In this document: positions 26,082 through 39,352 of the stretch, piece by piece
Position numbering within the stretch: the stretch's first letter is position 1
Layout of the letters: each line of letters opens with the position of its first letter
DNA from: Mobula hypostoma
Taxonomy: Eukaryota
Length of the DNA: 64,000 bases
Assembly (NCBI RefSeq): GCF_963921235.1
Contig: NC_086107.1
Span: 94,676,001-94,740,000, forward strand
Direction: 5' to 3'
The notes under the pieces: model-generated
What the model saw: only the letters and a program-made list of their open reading frames with translations
What the model was told of the DNA's origin: nothing
Database searches by the model: none
Made by a program: the position numbers and the translations under genes

Positions 26082-29020
26082 CTAGGAGAGAAACAGGAGT
26101 AATACAAACTATTAGGATGCACAGCTGGGCTGAGAAGCGGCAGATTGAGTTCAATGTGGAAAGGTGAATTGATTCGCTTTGGAACGTTGTACTCTGCCTT
26201 TGAATACAGGATTAATGGCAGGATTTCTTAGCAGCGTGAAGGAACAGGGGGATCTTGGGGTCCATGTCAATAGATCCCTCTATGTTGCTACACAAGTTGA
26301 GAGTGTGGTTAAGATGACATATGGCATGTTGGCCCTCATTAGTCAGGGGTAATGAGAGTAGCTCTGTAAAGCTCTAGTTAGACCAGACTTGGAGTGTTGG
26401 GTTCAGTTCTGTCCCCCTCACTATAGGAAGGATGGAAGTTTTAGAGAGAGTGCTGAGGATACCTATGAGAATGCTGCCTGGATTAGAGAGGAAAGGTTGA
26501 ATGAGCTAGAGTGATGAATCTGTGGAATTCTTTGCCACAGACAGCTATGGAGGCCAAGTCTGTATGTATATATAAGGCCGAGGTTGATAGGTTTTTGATT
26601 GGTCAAGGCATGAAGGGATATGGGGAGGAGGCAGGAGACTGGAGCTGACAGGAAGATTGGATCAGCTGTGATGAAATGGCAGAGCAGACTTGATGGGCCA
26701 CATGGCCTAATTCTGCTCCGATATTATAAGGTCTTTTCTCTTTAGAGCGAAGGAGGATGAGTGGTGACTGATAGATGTGTCTGAGATGGTAACAGGCACA
26801 GACCGAATGGATAACCGAGAGTTTTTCCAAGGGCAAAAATGGCTGAAATGAAGAGGCATAATTTTAAGGTCATTGGAAGAATTTATGGGGTGGGGGGAAA
26901 TGTCAGAAATAATTTTAAAACACAGAGTGCTGGGTATGTGGAACCTAATTAGATGAACTAAGTGGGCTACAGTAACCAGGAACACACTACCATGGTTTGT
27001 AGAAATGCCTTTAAGAACCATAGCTTCATTAGATTTTTACATTACTCTAGAATTAAAGTTTGGAACAAAAAAAGAAGAAACATTTCTCCAATCTGATGTT
27101 TGACAAGTCTATCAACACATGCTTATCTAGACTTAACTCTCTCTGCGAGCTTGTTGGCACATTGGCAATTCCTTCAGAATTCTCTGACAAAGAAACATTC
27201 TAACTGAGAGCTGGCAAACGTTACTGCTGGTTGCTTTTCAAGTCGAAATCATTTCCTTCTTGGTAACCTTGGAGTCAGTAACTGCCATCTCAATCCATTC
27301 CCTTTTCTTGATGACAGCGCAATTTGGCAGAAACTTTTCCAGTAACACAAAACAGAACAGCTCTATGCAAACACACCTCATATTCCACCTGGGCAGTCTC
27401 AAAGCCGGTGGCATGAACATCGAATTCCCTAACTTCCGATAACCATTTCCACTCTGTCCCAATTCCCCCCTTTTCTTTCCTCTCTCCTCCTGATCCACGA
27501 GCCAACCCTCACAAAGTCTCTTTCCTCCCCTGCACCCATTCCATCTGCCCATCACCCGCATGTCCTCCCACCCATTCCTCTCCCCACCTCCCTCCTTTTC
27601 AAGCCTCACCTTCTTCTCCAATCAGATTCCACGTCAGCCCTTTGTCACACCCTCCTGGAATTTCTAGCAGAATAGGCAATTTCTCCCAATAAAAGCCAGA
27701 CAACTTATCCAGAAAAATGCACCTTAGAGGATATTACATCTTAATTAGCTACTAGGAATCAGCAGTCACTTAGGGCAGTGCACACACTAGGGCTGACTAT
27801 TAAGTTGTGCAAGCACTTCCGCACCAGAAGAGAGTGGAAATACTTTATTAGTCACAAGTGCATCAAACCATACAACAAAACGCAAAGTTTGTATCAACGA
27901 CCAACACAGTCCAAGGATGTGCTGGGGGAGTCTGCAAATGTCGCCATGTTTCCAGCTCACAAATCAGTAACCCTAACCTGTTCATCTTGGACTGTGGGAG
28001 GAAATAGCAAAGGCCTATTTTTCTGCAGATATGTGGGCCAGGGCTCTGACCAAACTATGAAGGCAAAGAATTTGGCATCTGCTACTCCTGCCTCAGCGAG
28101 TTGACAGCTGTTACTGGAAAGCAAAATACTGCAGTTGCTCAAAATGGAAATGGAAGCAGAAAATGTTGGGAATGTCCAGGCAAGCCAGCCAGTCTCTCTT
28201 GAATGTTGCATGATCAGAATTGTCCCAAGAGCTCTGCTTTTCTTTGTTTGCTGGAGGAATCCAGTAGGAAAAGCAGCATCGGTGGGGAGAAAAGGGATTG
28301 TTCACGTTTCAGGTTAAAACTCTGCATCAGGACTGAGGGTGTAGAGGTGAGAGGGAGGGCTTCCATAGATACTGCCCATCCAAAACACCCATTCCTTCTC
28401 CTTCCACAGATGCTGCTCAACCCAATGCTCCAGATCCCAGCATCCGAGTCTCCTGCCTCTTGCTGCCTTTGTCCATGTTTTCAGCAGCGTACACTCTGCT
28501 GGCCTTAATGTTGGAATCTCCCTGCCACAGCTAATGTTCCTCCAACCTGACAGCATGAACACTGACTTCTCTGGTAATTTCTCCCCCTTCCCTCCTCCTC
28601 TCTTTTTTCCATTTCCAAATCTGGCTCCCCCCTCATTCCTTCTCTTCTCAAATACCCTTCACCTCCCTCTGGTCCCCCTCCTCCTTCCCTTTCTTCCAGG
28701 GCCCACTCTCCTCTATCAGATTCCTTCTTCTTCAGCCCTTTACCCCCTACATTTCAGGTTCTCACCTCATTCCCCCACGTCCATCCCCACCCACCAATCT
28801 GGTCTCCCCTATCACCTGCCAGCTTGTACTCTTCCCACTCCTTATTCTGTTTTGTGCTGGGACCCTTCAGGACTGGACAAACATTTACTGTTTATTCCCC
28901 TCTATAGATGCAGCCTGACCTGCTGAGTTCCTCCAGCACTTTGTGTGTGCGCTTTACACAGTGACACGGTAAAGCAGCAGTGATCGCTGGGAGAGTGGAC
29001 GTGTGCGGGGTGGTACTCAC

Positions 29021-29185
29021 CGTCTGCTGACTGAGCAGCAGGCTGCGGAGCTGAGGGTTAGCGCCAGGGTTGGGCGGCCGGAGCAGGGCGCCCGCCTGCT
29101 GCGGAGCCGGAGGCTGACTCTGGGGCGGGCCGCTGGACTGCTGCTGCTGTGTCGCAGCCTGCGCTCTGAGCTGCATCTGCTGCTG
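29021..29185 (-). CDS. MED25: MED25 exon with the nuclear-receptor LxxLL box: QQQMQLRAQ...LLRPPNPGANPQLRSLLLSQQT
   Basis: GTGAGT donor (actcac 29015-29020); tandem CAG acceptors at 29177-29188; 165 bp. Conserved RP.NPGANPQLRSLLL. Confidence 0.93.
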
Positions 29186-31338
29186 CTGTTCGTGGGAGAG
29201 AGATGCGGAAAAACAAGTGATTAATAAAAGCAATTCCAAAGGAGAGAGAAGAACAGTGGCACTTTGATGAGCTGAACAATAAAAAATAGTTTCCAGGTTG
29301 CCCTGCGACTACAGGGGATAGCAAGGATACAGCCATCAGTCTTGCGATTAGTAAGAAGATAGAATCAACTATCTGGCCCACCGAGCCTGCTTCACCTTTC
29401 AATAAGATCATGGCTGACCTGGCCATGGACCTAGCTTCATCTACCTGCCTTTTCCCCATAATCCTCTGCTATGTAAATATCTAAGTTTTAAATATATTTC
29501 AAGGTATAGGCTCTACTGCTTCCCTAAGTAGAGAATCTAACAGATTCACTATCCTCTGGGAAAAACGGTTCCTCATCTCCATCTTAAGTTGCCTCCTTGA
29601 ATCTTGAGGCTACGTCCCCTAATTCCAGACTCACATATCAGTGGAAACAGCTTTCCTGCCTGTGTCTTACCCATCCCTTTCATAATTGCATGTTTCTATA
29701 AGACTCCCTTTCATTCTTCTGAATTCCAACAGGTATAGTACCAGGTGACTCAAATCTCTCCTCACAGGTCAACCCCCTCATCTCTGTAATCAACCTCATG
29801 AACCTCCTCTGCACTGCCTTCAAAGCCAGTATATCTTTCAAGTCAGGAGACCAGAACTACATGCGGTACTCCAAACGCGGCCTCACCATTAACCTGTATA
29901 GTTGTAGCACAACCTCCCAGTCCTTCAATTCAGTACCACCACTAATGAAGACCAGCATTCTATTTGCCTTCTTGATAACCTGTTGCACCTGCAAACCAAC
30001 TTTTTGTAATTCATGCACAAGCACTCCCAAGTCCCTCTGCACAACAGCATACTGCAGTCTTTCACCATTTAAGTAATCATCTGATCGTCTAGTTTTCCTG
30101 TCTAGATCTGTCTGCAGATTCTCCGCATCATCTGCACAGTTTGCTTTTCCAGATCTGGCTGTAGTCATTGGCCACGCTTTACTCATCAAGAATCTATCAC
30201 ACTTGCCTTAAAAAAAAAAGTACTGTCCTTGAAGGAAGAGTATTTTGAACCCTCATCACTCTTAAAAAATATTTTATATTGTGTATTAAGTGGTGAATTT
30301 CTAGTTCTAGACTCTCCCACACATCCACTTAGTCAACGTTTCTCAGGATCAACCAAGTCACCTCTCACTCCTCTGAATTCCAGTGGATATCCCATGACAA
30401 TCACAGATATTCCTTTTGTCCAATCGATGACCCTCCCTGCAACTTCAAACCAATGCACTCTCACCTTGAGCAACACTCACAAAATGCTGGAGGAACTTGG
30501 CAGGTTGGGCAGCATCTGTGGAGGGGAATAGACAGTCATGTTTTGGGCTGAGACCCTTCATCAGGACTGGAAAGGAAGGGGACCTTCCCAGTTTTAATGA
30601 AAGGTCTCCAACCTTAAGCATTAACTGCTTCTCTTTCTGCAGATGCTACCTGATCTACAAGAGTTTCTCAGCATTTTCTGCCTTTTATCCCACCAGAGCC
30701 AAATCTTTTATAAGATGACTTGCCGAGTCCAGGTATTATTTGATTCGACTTACCCTGCAAGGTTAACGTTTGGGTCATACTTGGTGCTGCTGCTACCATG
30801 GGTACAGAAGTCTGAAGTCCCATACGAGCAGGTCATGAACCAACCTGCACAATTCAAACCCTACCTCAGCAACAGAACACTATGGACCACGTGTTACACT
30901 ACCATAGACTTGTCTCTGTATAAACATGAGAGAGAGAGTGGGGGGGGGGGAGAGGCAGGGACAGCCCACAGGTGTTGCCACACATTCCAGCACTAGCACA
31001 GCATGCCAACAATATTCAGCAGAACAAAAGGTAACACAACAAAACAGAACATACCAAGCAATTAAGCAACAACAGCGAAACAAGCTCGTTCCTTCCTTCT
31101 TCCCACGCAGATACACAGTGCTCAACCCCAGGGCAGCCTTTTCTGTAGCCTCCAGTGCTGCACGCTTTGTAAGTGTAACCTCAGCCCTATATTCTGCATT
31201 CTCCTTATTGATTTTCCCATGTACTTCCTTAAGTACCTATGCTTGAAGTTATCTGTATTAATGGACTGCAAAACTTGTTTCTTTTTCCTCGTGACAATAA
31301 TAAATTAATACCGATGCCAAGACTGCAGTTAGACCTAC

Positions 31339-31422
31339 CAGATTCTGTTGTCGTTGCTGGTCATCCATCGTTGTCACCGTGTGAACCTGGGGTATCGAGG
31401 TGGTCACCGGCTGTCCTGGTAT
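31339..31422 (-). CDS. MED25: MED25 exon: IPGQPVTTSIPQVHTVTTMDDQQRQQNL
   Basis: CAG acceptor after a C-run/pyrimidine tract, GTAGGT donor; 84 bp, phase 0 to 0. Its end resembles MED25 'EDQ.R..QNL'. Confidence 0.82.
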
Positions 31423-31761
31423 CTGATGGGGGGGGGGGGGAGAGGAGAAAAATGTTTATTATCATTTAAATTATTAATGCTTGCCAAAAGGATCAGGGTT
31501 CATAGCCATCTTCTGTCAGATGGTAGATATCATGTTAGGGAAAGGATCTGTGGATTTTGGCCTATACAGCACATCTTGCTGACAATCAGCTCAATTTAGC
31601 AATCTCACTGCGTGGAGGTGCTGTACATAGTGTAGGTTGTTGTAGATTACAATGGGACACTGACAGGATGCAGAGCTGGCCTGACAAAGGGCAGGTGGAT
31701 TTCAATCCAGAAAAGAGTGAAGTGATTCACTTTGGAAGATCAAACCTGAAGGCAGAGTACA

Positions 31762-34700
31762 CGATGCCAAGCTCTTCTTCTGTCACTCAGTCTCCGAGCC
31801 CACTCCTTTGGCAAGAAGTCCCCAGCCCGCACTGATAACCACTTCTCCTGTCTCCAACCCTCCTCCTCTTCTTGGATACCCCCCTCTGGTCGTCTGCCTG
31901 CTCTGGATCTTATCTCTAATTGCCGACAAGACACTAACCGGCTCAACTTCAGCATTCCTCACTCCTCCTTGAACCTTACCCCTTCTAAGCTGCCCTCCAC
32001 ACCACTAAATGTGCAAAGGGGGTGTTGCTGTCGTGTTGGGGAGTGACCTCTACCTTTCTGAGGTCAAGTGGTGACTCTCAGACACCTCCTTTTACTTACC
32101 CCTTGAGAAAGGCCCCAGTCTGGACCATCAGAAAATTGCCTCCAACACCATCACTAACCTCATCAACTCTGGAGAACTCCCATCCACAGCCAGCAAACTC
32201 ATAGCTCCCTTACTCTGCACTGCTCATTCCGACCTTCTACCCAGATCCACAAACCTGACAGCCCAGGTAGACTTATCGTCTCTGCCTGCTCGTGCCCTGA
32301 CACCTAAACTCTATTCTGTCCCCCTTGGTTCAGTCCCTTCCCACCTATATCCATGACACTTCCCAAGCTCTTGATCTCCTCAACAACGTTCAATTCCTTG
32401 GCCCTGACTGCCTCATTTTCACCATGGATGTCCTGTCCCTATACACTTTTATCTCCCATCGTGGCCTTAAAGCTCTCTGCTTCTTACTCAGCAAAGGAAC
32501 CAACCAGTTCCTCTCCGCCATTTCATCACGGCTGATCTCGGATTCCATTCAACCCCATTCACCCGCCCTCTCACCATACCTCTTGATGCCCCGACCATTC
32601 AGAAATCTATCAACTTCTGCTTTAAATATATCTACAAACTTGGCCTCAACCATAGTCTGTGGCAGAGCATTCCACAGATTCACCACTCTTTGGTTAAAAA
32701 AATTCCTCCTTATTTCTGTTCTAAAAGGTCACTCCTCAATTTTGAGGCTGTGTCCTCTAGTTCTGGATACCCCTATCAAATGAGGCATCCTCTCCACATC
32801 CACCTTATCTAGTCTTTCCAACATTTGGTAGGTTTTGATAAGATCCCCACACATTCTTCTAAATTCCCGTGAGTACAGGCTGAAAGCTGCTAGATGCTCC
32901 TCATATCTTAACTCCTTATTTCCCAGAATCTTTTCTTTTCAAATCTTTTGTTATATTATACAACAGAAATAACACGAGTACACTGAAGTACAACACATAC
33001 AATGTCCCAAAAAAGATATTATCTTAAAGATTAAAAAAAAATTTGTGATAACAAAAAAAACCTACTAAGCAGAAAAAGTGAGAAAAAAAAACCATTAGGT
33101 GTACAACCCCGGAGCCATGTGTCATACAAAAACCTTCTAAAAATAAACATCAAACCACCAGCAAGGAAAGAAAATATACCAAAAAATTTACAATTAGATC
33201 GTGGAAAAAAAATCTATCAATTAGCTCAAATAATAACGAGCAAATGAGCCCCATCTTTTCTCAAAATCAAATAAAGGTTCAAAGGTTCGACTTCTAATTT
33301 TCTCCAAACTAAGACATAGCATCACTTGAGAGAACCATTGTGACAAAGTGGGAGCTGATATATCCTTCCACTTCAACAAAATGGCCCTCCTAGCTATCAA
33401 TGTAACAAATGCAATAACATGTTGGTCAGACACAGAAATATCATGAATATTTTGAGGAATTATTCCAAAAAGCACAGTTAATTTATTAGGTTGTAGATTA
33501 ATTTTAAGTGCTTTATAAATTGTTGAAAAATCTGACTTTCAAAACTGTTCCGATATAGAACAAGACCAAAACATATGTGTCAGTGTAGCTATCTCCGTTT
33601 TACATCTATCACAATAACTATCAACATTAGAAAAGATTTTTAAAGTCTCTCCTTCATCAAATGATAACGATGTACAATTTAAAACTGAATCAATGAATGG
33701 CTAGCACAAATTGAAGAAGAGTTAACCAGCTTCAAAATCCGCATCCAATCCTCCCGTCATAAAAGTCAAATTGAGTTCCTTTTCCCAATCCTGTTTAATC
33801 TTAGATAAAGGACGCTTATCCCACTGTAATAATAAATTATAAACTCTTCCACTAGAACCCTTGATCGAAGGATTCATATTCATAATAGTATCTAACAGGT
33901 CAGCCTCCAATATGTAAGGAAAACTACTTAAATATTTTTGTAAAAAATGTCTAACTTGAAGGTATTGCAGAAAGTGCGAGTATGAAAGAGAATATCAATT
34001 AATTGTCCAAATGACATCAATCTATCTTCTTTAAATAAATCCAAAACAGAATTAGTACCTTTATTTTTCCAAAATAAAAAAATTGGATCACTCAAAGAAG
34101 GCTTAAAAAAGTAATTTCGATAAATTAAACTACAAAGTTTAAATTTTTTAAGATTAAAAAAATTGCGGAACTGGAGCCAAATTTGTAAAGAATGCTTAAT
34201 CACAGGATATAGGTTTAAGCTAGCAACTTCAGCTAATTGTATAGGTAAAGCAGCTCCCAATAACGAGATTAAATAAAACTGTTTTACAACTTTCAGTTCC
34301 AGGTCTACCCACATTGGCCGATCACTCTTATCAACCCAATATAACCAGAAAGACATGTATTTTGATCCTCAGCCGAGATTTTAGGAAAAACAATCTTTCA
34401 TAAAAAAGCAAACAACAGGAATTCTGCAGATGCTGGAATTTCAAGCAACACACATCAAAGTTGCTGGTGAACACAGCAGGCCAGGCAGCATCTCTAGGAA
34501 GAGGTAGAGACGGTACCTCTTCCTAGAGATGCTGCCTGGCCTGCTGCGTTCACCAGCAACTTTGATGTGTGTTGCTTTCATAAAAAAGCATTCATTTCAG
34601 AAGAATCTAACAGACATTGGGATTTATAAAGTTCAGCATAAAAATCTTGAAAAATCTTATTAATTTCTTCATATTCCTGAGCCAAGGTACCATCTTTCCT

Positions 34701-37700
34701 ATGAATTTTCAAGATTTGTCTTTTGGCTGCAGCCATTTTTAATTGAGATGCGAGCAGTTTATTATTTTTATCTCCAAACATATAAAATTGGCTCTTTAAC
34801 TTAAGCAAATAGCCTTCAATGGGATGAGTTAATAACAGGTTATATTGTGATTGAAGTTCCATCCTTTGTTTAAATAAATCAATATTTTGGAGAAATTGCA
34901 TAAATATTATCTAAATCTTTAATTTGTTTTGAAGTTCTATCTAATTCTGCTTTAATCTGTTTTTTAAGTTTAGCCGAATAAGAAATAATCTGACCACGTA
35001 AAAATGCTTTAAATGTATCCCATATAATTAATTTAGACATACCCCCTATATCATTAAAAAGAAAAAATTCTTTTATCTGGGTTTCAACGAAGCTGACAAA
35101 GTCAGAGATCCGCAATAATGTCTGAGACATGCGCCATGGTGGGCGGGCAAGAATGACATCATCAAATTCAAAACACAAACTCAAAGGCACACGATCAGAT
35201 ATAGCAATAGCGTCATATTCACAATTTTTAACATTAGGCAAGAAGCGGGGATCGATCCTCGAACATTTTTATAAACATGTGAAAAGAAAGAATATTCTCT
35301 GTTATCGGGATAGAGATACCTCCACAAATCAATCAACCCAAAATCAATTAAAAAGGAATTAATAAATGACGTGGAACGATTTGGAAGTCGCTGATTAGTT
35401 GAGCTCTTATCAAACACAGGATTTAAGCAGCAGTTAATATCCTTGTCCATTATCAGCATATATTCATTTAAATCAGGCAGTAAAGCAAATACGTTTTTAA
35501 AAAAAGAAGGATCATCTAAGTTAGGACCATACAAATTAACCAAAACAACTTTTCTGTTACAAATTGTTCCTTTAACAATTAAAACTCTATCATTAGAATC
35601 TGATGCAATATCCTCTTGAATAAGCATATTAGATTTAATAAAAATGGACACGCCTTTTGTTTTACTCTGAGAAGTAGAGTGGGGTGGAACTGCAAACGAT
35701 TCCACCATCCAAAAAATCTATTTGATCTCCCGCCCTGATTGGTGTCCCTTGAGCAAAAATTATATCAGGTTGGAATCAGTTAATAATTTTAAAAGTCTTT
35801 TTTTGTTCAATAGGATGATTCCAATCACGTACATTCCAACTTATTATATTAATCCAATTAAATACCATATTATAATTTTATTCTACTTTATACATGCGCA
35901 GAGCACATACCAATATGGGATGATCAAAAATGGTGGCGATGAAGAATACAACCAGATAGAAAATACGCATACTCCGGAACCACCCAATGAGAAAAAGCAC
36001 CTAACTCTAATCCCACCCCCTTCCCGAAAACCCAAGAGAAAGGCAAGCAATCTGTGATAGAGTTCAAAGCCACTGACCACACCGTCTGTATTTTCTTTCC
36101 CTCCCCCCAGTTAGTAAAAAGAGTATTGTCTTTTTTACAAGGTCACTTTAAAGTCTCAGCCAAGAAAAGCACTTACATTCCATCATCTAGTAAACAAGAA
36201 AGAACCAAAATAACGTTATCTCTTAGAGAAAAACCAGCGTCATCTTTAAGTTTAACATTAACTCCCTAAAAAAACTTTAAATTCAATTATAAAATGTTAT
36301 AATAAAACAGAAAAAAATTAATAGTATATTTGACCCAGCTGAATTTTCAAAAATACTAATTAATATCATAAGTAATTAAACCGTCCCAAATATATATATA
36401 TATATATATAAAGCCCTATTAGTAGAAAAAAACTATCAATTAGCTGATTAAAAAAAACAAAAAATCAAACCAAATATTAAATTAAAGGAACAAATCCCCT
36501 TATCTTCTTTTCTCAGTCGAATGTTCAGATGATCATTTAGACAGTCATACTTGAGCCATAAATCTTCTTTCCAAAATGTGAATAATATACAGATAGCCAA
36601 ACAAACTTTCAGATAGTTCATTCAGTAGCGGCGGGTATAGCCTGAACAAAGTCCAGTGCAGCTTTTGGATCAAAAAAAGTACGAGGAGAATTAGCAGAAA
36701 AAACATTAATTCTTGTCGGATAACTCAGAGAGGGAAATAGTTTTTTTTTTAAATCATATGCCTGTTTCATTGCCGGGGCAAATTTTGATCTTTGTTCCAT
36801 TATCTCTCTCGAGTAATCTTTGTAAAAATGGAGCTCAGACTCCATAAATCTGAAAACTCTCTGTTTTCTTGCCTGTCGCATTATTTGATCTTTAATTTTA
36901 AAGTGATGAAAGCAAACCAGAACAGATCTTGGTTTACTAGAATCCTTCAGTTTCGAAGTAAACGCCCTGTGTGCCATTTCTATAGCAGGCGGCTTTGATA
37001 AAATGGTAGGAAATAAAGAGTGGAAAAGCTTACCAAAGTAAGCAGTTAAATCTCCATCTTCAGCTCCTTCTTGCACCCCAACAATTCGTATATTCTTTTG
37101 GCGAGACCTAGTTTCCAGGTCTATAATCTTATTTTGATATCTTTCCAAACGAGTATAGCTTCAGACCACTTTTGCTTAGTTATCTTCAATTTCTCTTCAT
37201 GCATAATAACTTCAGTTTCCAGGTCTTTTAAGTTTTCCCAGAAATGACTTCATTTCATTACTATTCTTTTCCAGTTGGTCTTTAATTGATTCCATCTGAT
37301 CCTTAATTGAATTCAGTGACGAGCGATATCTTCAGCCCACGATGGCATTTCATCAGATCTTTCCTTTTGCACCTTTCCTTCCCCCATTACCTCTATCACT
37401 GGGTTCAGGTAAATTCTTCCCACTTCTCGTAGACATAGATGTATTGTTCCCCCTCAAGAATCAGCAAATAAAAATTTTAAATTCAAAGATTAAACTAGGG
37501 GGAGAGAAAGAAAACTAAGAGCAGCACAAAATTACTGCTACTCCATTTGCAGACAGGGGCGGTCCTCTCTTATTTCCCAGAATCAATCTTGCGAACCTCC
37601 TCTGGACTCTCTCCAATAATAACACATCCTTTCCGAGATGTGGGGCCCAAAACTGTTGATAATACTCCAAGAGCAGCCTGACTAGTGGCTTATAAAGCTT

Positions 37701-39352
37701 CAGCATTATCTCCTTGCTTTTATATTCTATTCTGCTTGAAACAAATGCCAACATTGCATTTGCTTTCTTTACCACAGACTCAACCTGTGAATTAACCTTC
37801 TGGGAGTTTTGCACAAGGACTCCTAAGTCCCTCTGCACCACCACCATCCTCCATCTGGCAGAACTGGTCCTCATTCTCAACAAATTCTCTTTCAGCTCCT
37901 CCCATTTTCTCCAGACTCAAAGAGCACTCACAATGCCTCCAGCTATGCCTGCCCTTTCATTGGTTATGTAGAACAGTCCGTGTTCTGAGCTTTCCATGGA
38001 AATACTCCCCAACTCTTCCTGCGCTACAATGACGACTGCGTTGGTGCTGCTTCATGCACCCATGCTGAGCTCATCAATGTCATCAATTTTGCCTCCAACT
38101 TCTACATTGCCCTTAAATTCACTTGGTCCATTTCTGACACCTTCTAACCTTTCTCAATCTCTCCGTTTCCATCTCTAGAGACAAACTGTCTACTGGTATC
38201 TTTTATAAACCTACTGAATTCCCATGGTTATCTTGACTATACCTCTTCCCACCCGAAAAAAAGCTATTCCCCACTCTCAGTTCCTTCATCTCTGCCACAG
38301 GATGAGACTTCCCTTTCCAGGACCTTTCTTCCAAGTAATGGGGTTTCCTTTCCTCTACCACTGATGCTGCCCTCAATTACATCTTCTCCATTTCCCAGAC
38401 ATCTGGATTCCAGCCACTTTAACAGGGATAGCATGCCTCTTGCCCTCACCCCTTACCCAACACATCATTCTCTGCAGCTTCTGCCACCTTCACTGGGATC
38501 CTACCACCAAACACATCTTTCTCTCTTCCAACTCTCCACAGGGTTCGTTCCTCCTGTAATTCCTTTGTCCATTCGTCACTCCCCACTAATCTCCCTTCTG
38601 ACACTTACCCCTGCAAGCAACCAAAATGCTACATCTGCCCATTTACCTCCTCTCTTAACTTCATTCAGGGCCCCAAACACTCCTTCCAGATGAGGCAACA
38701 CTTCACCTGCAAACATGTTGGCATCATCTACTGTATCTGGTGTTCCTAGTTGTAGCCTCCTCTACCACCGCTGAGACCCAATGTAGGTTGTGGGACCACT
38801 GTTGTGAACCTTTGCTCCATCCACAAAAAGCACTATTTCCCAGTTGTCAACCATTCCAACATGTCAGTCCATTTCCTCTTCTTTTGGCACAATGAGGCCA
38901 CTCTCAGGGTGGAGGAGCAACATATCATATTCTGTCTGGGTAGTCTCCAACCCACACTGATTTCTCCCTTCTGGTAAATTTTCCCTCTCCCTTCTTCTAT
39001 TCTTCACTCTGGCTTCTTAACTCTTCTCCTCATCAGCTTATCACCTCTCCCAGTACCCGTCCTCCTTCCCTTTCCCTCATGGTCCACTCTCCTCTCCTAT
39101 CAGATTCCTTCTTCTCCAGCCCATTATCTTTCCTCACTCACCTGGCTTCACCTATCACCTTCTAGATCGTCCTCCTTCCCCTCCCCCTACCTTTTCACTC
39201 TGGCATCTTCCCCCTTCCTTCCCGTCTTGAAGAAGGGTCTTGGCCCGAAACATCAACTGTTTATTCATTCCCATAGATGCTGCCTGGCATACTGCGTTTC
39301 CCCAGCATTTTGTGTTTTGCTCTGGATTTCCAGCAGCTGCAGAAACTCTTGT
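31762..39352 (+). mobile_element. Older decayed Penelope-like element, split by nested CR1 and L1 insertions (pieces about 31762-32520 and 37838-39352)
   Basis: RT remnant 'VQSLPTYIHDTSQAL...IFTMDVLSLYT', RY.DD-like codons near 38022, GIY-YIG-like remnant near 38720-38780, terminal hammerhead-bearing repeat at 39222-39352. Confidence 0.8.
32931..37568 (-). mobile_element. L1-clade LINE with ORF1, APE endonuclease and C-terminal Cys/His knuckle; RT domain absent
   Basis: 16-bp TSD CTTATTTCCCAGAATC (32915-32930, 37569-37584). ORF1 'DLETRSRQKNIRIVGVQEG' at 36618-37148; endonuclease fragments 35181-35708; knuckle CDRCKTEIATLTHMFWSC near 33560-33615. Confidence 0.9.
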
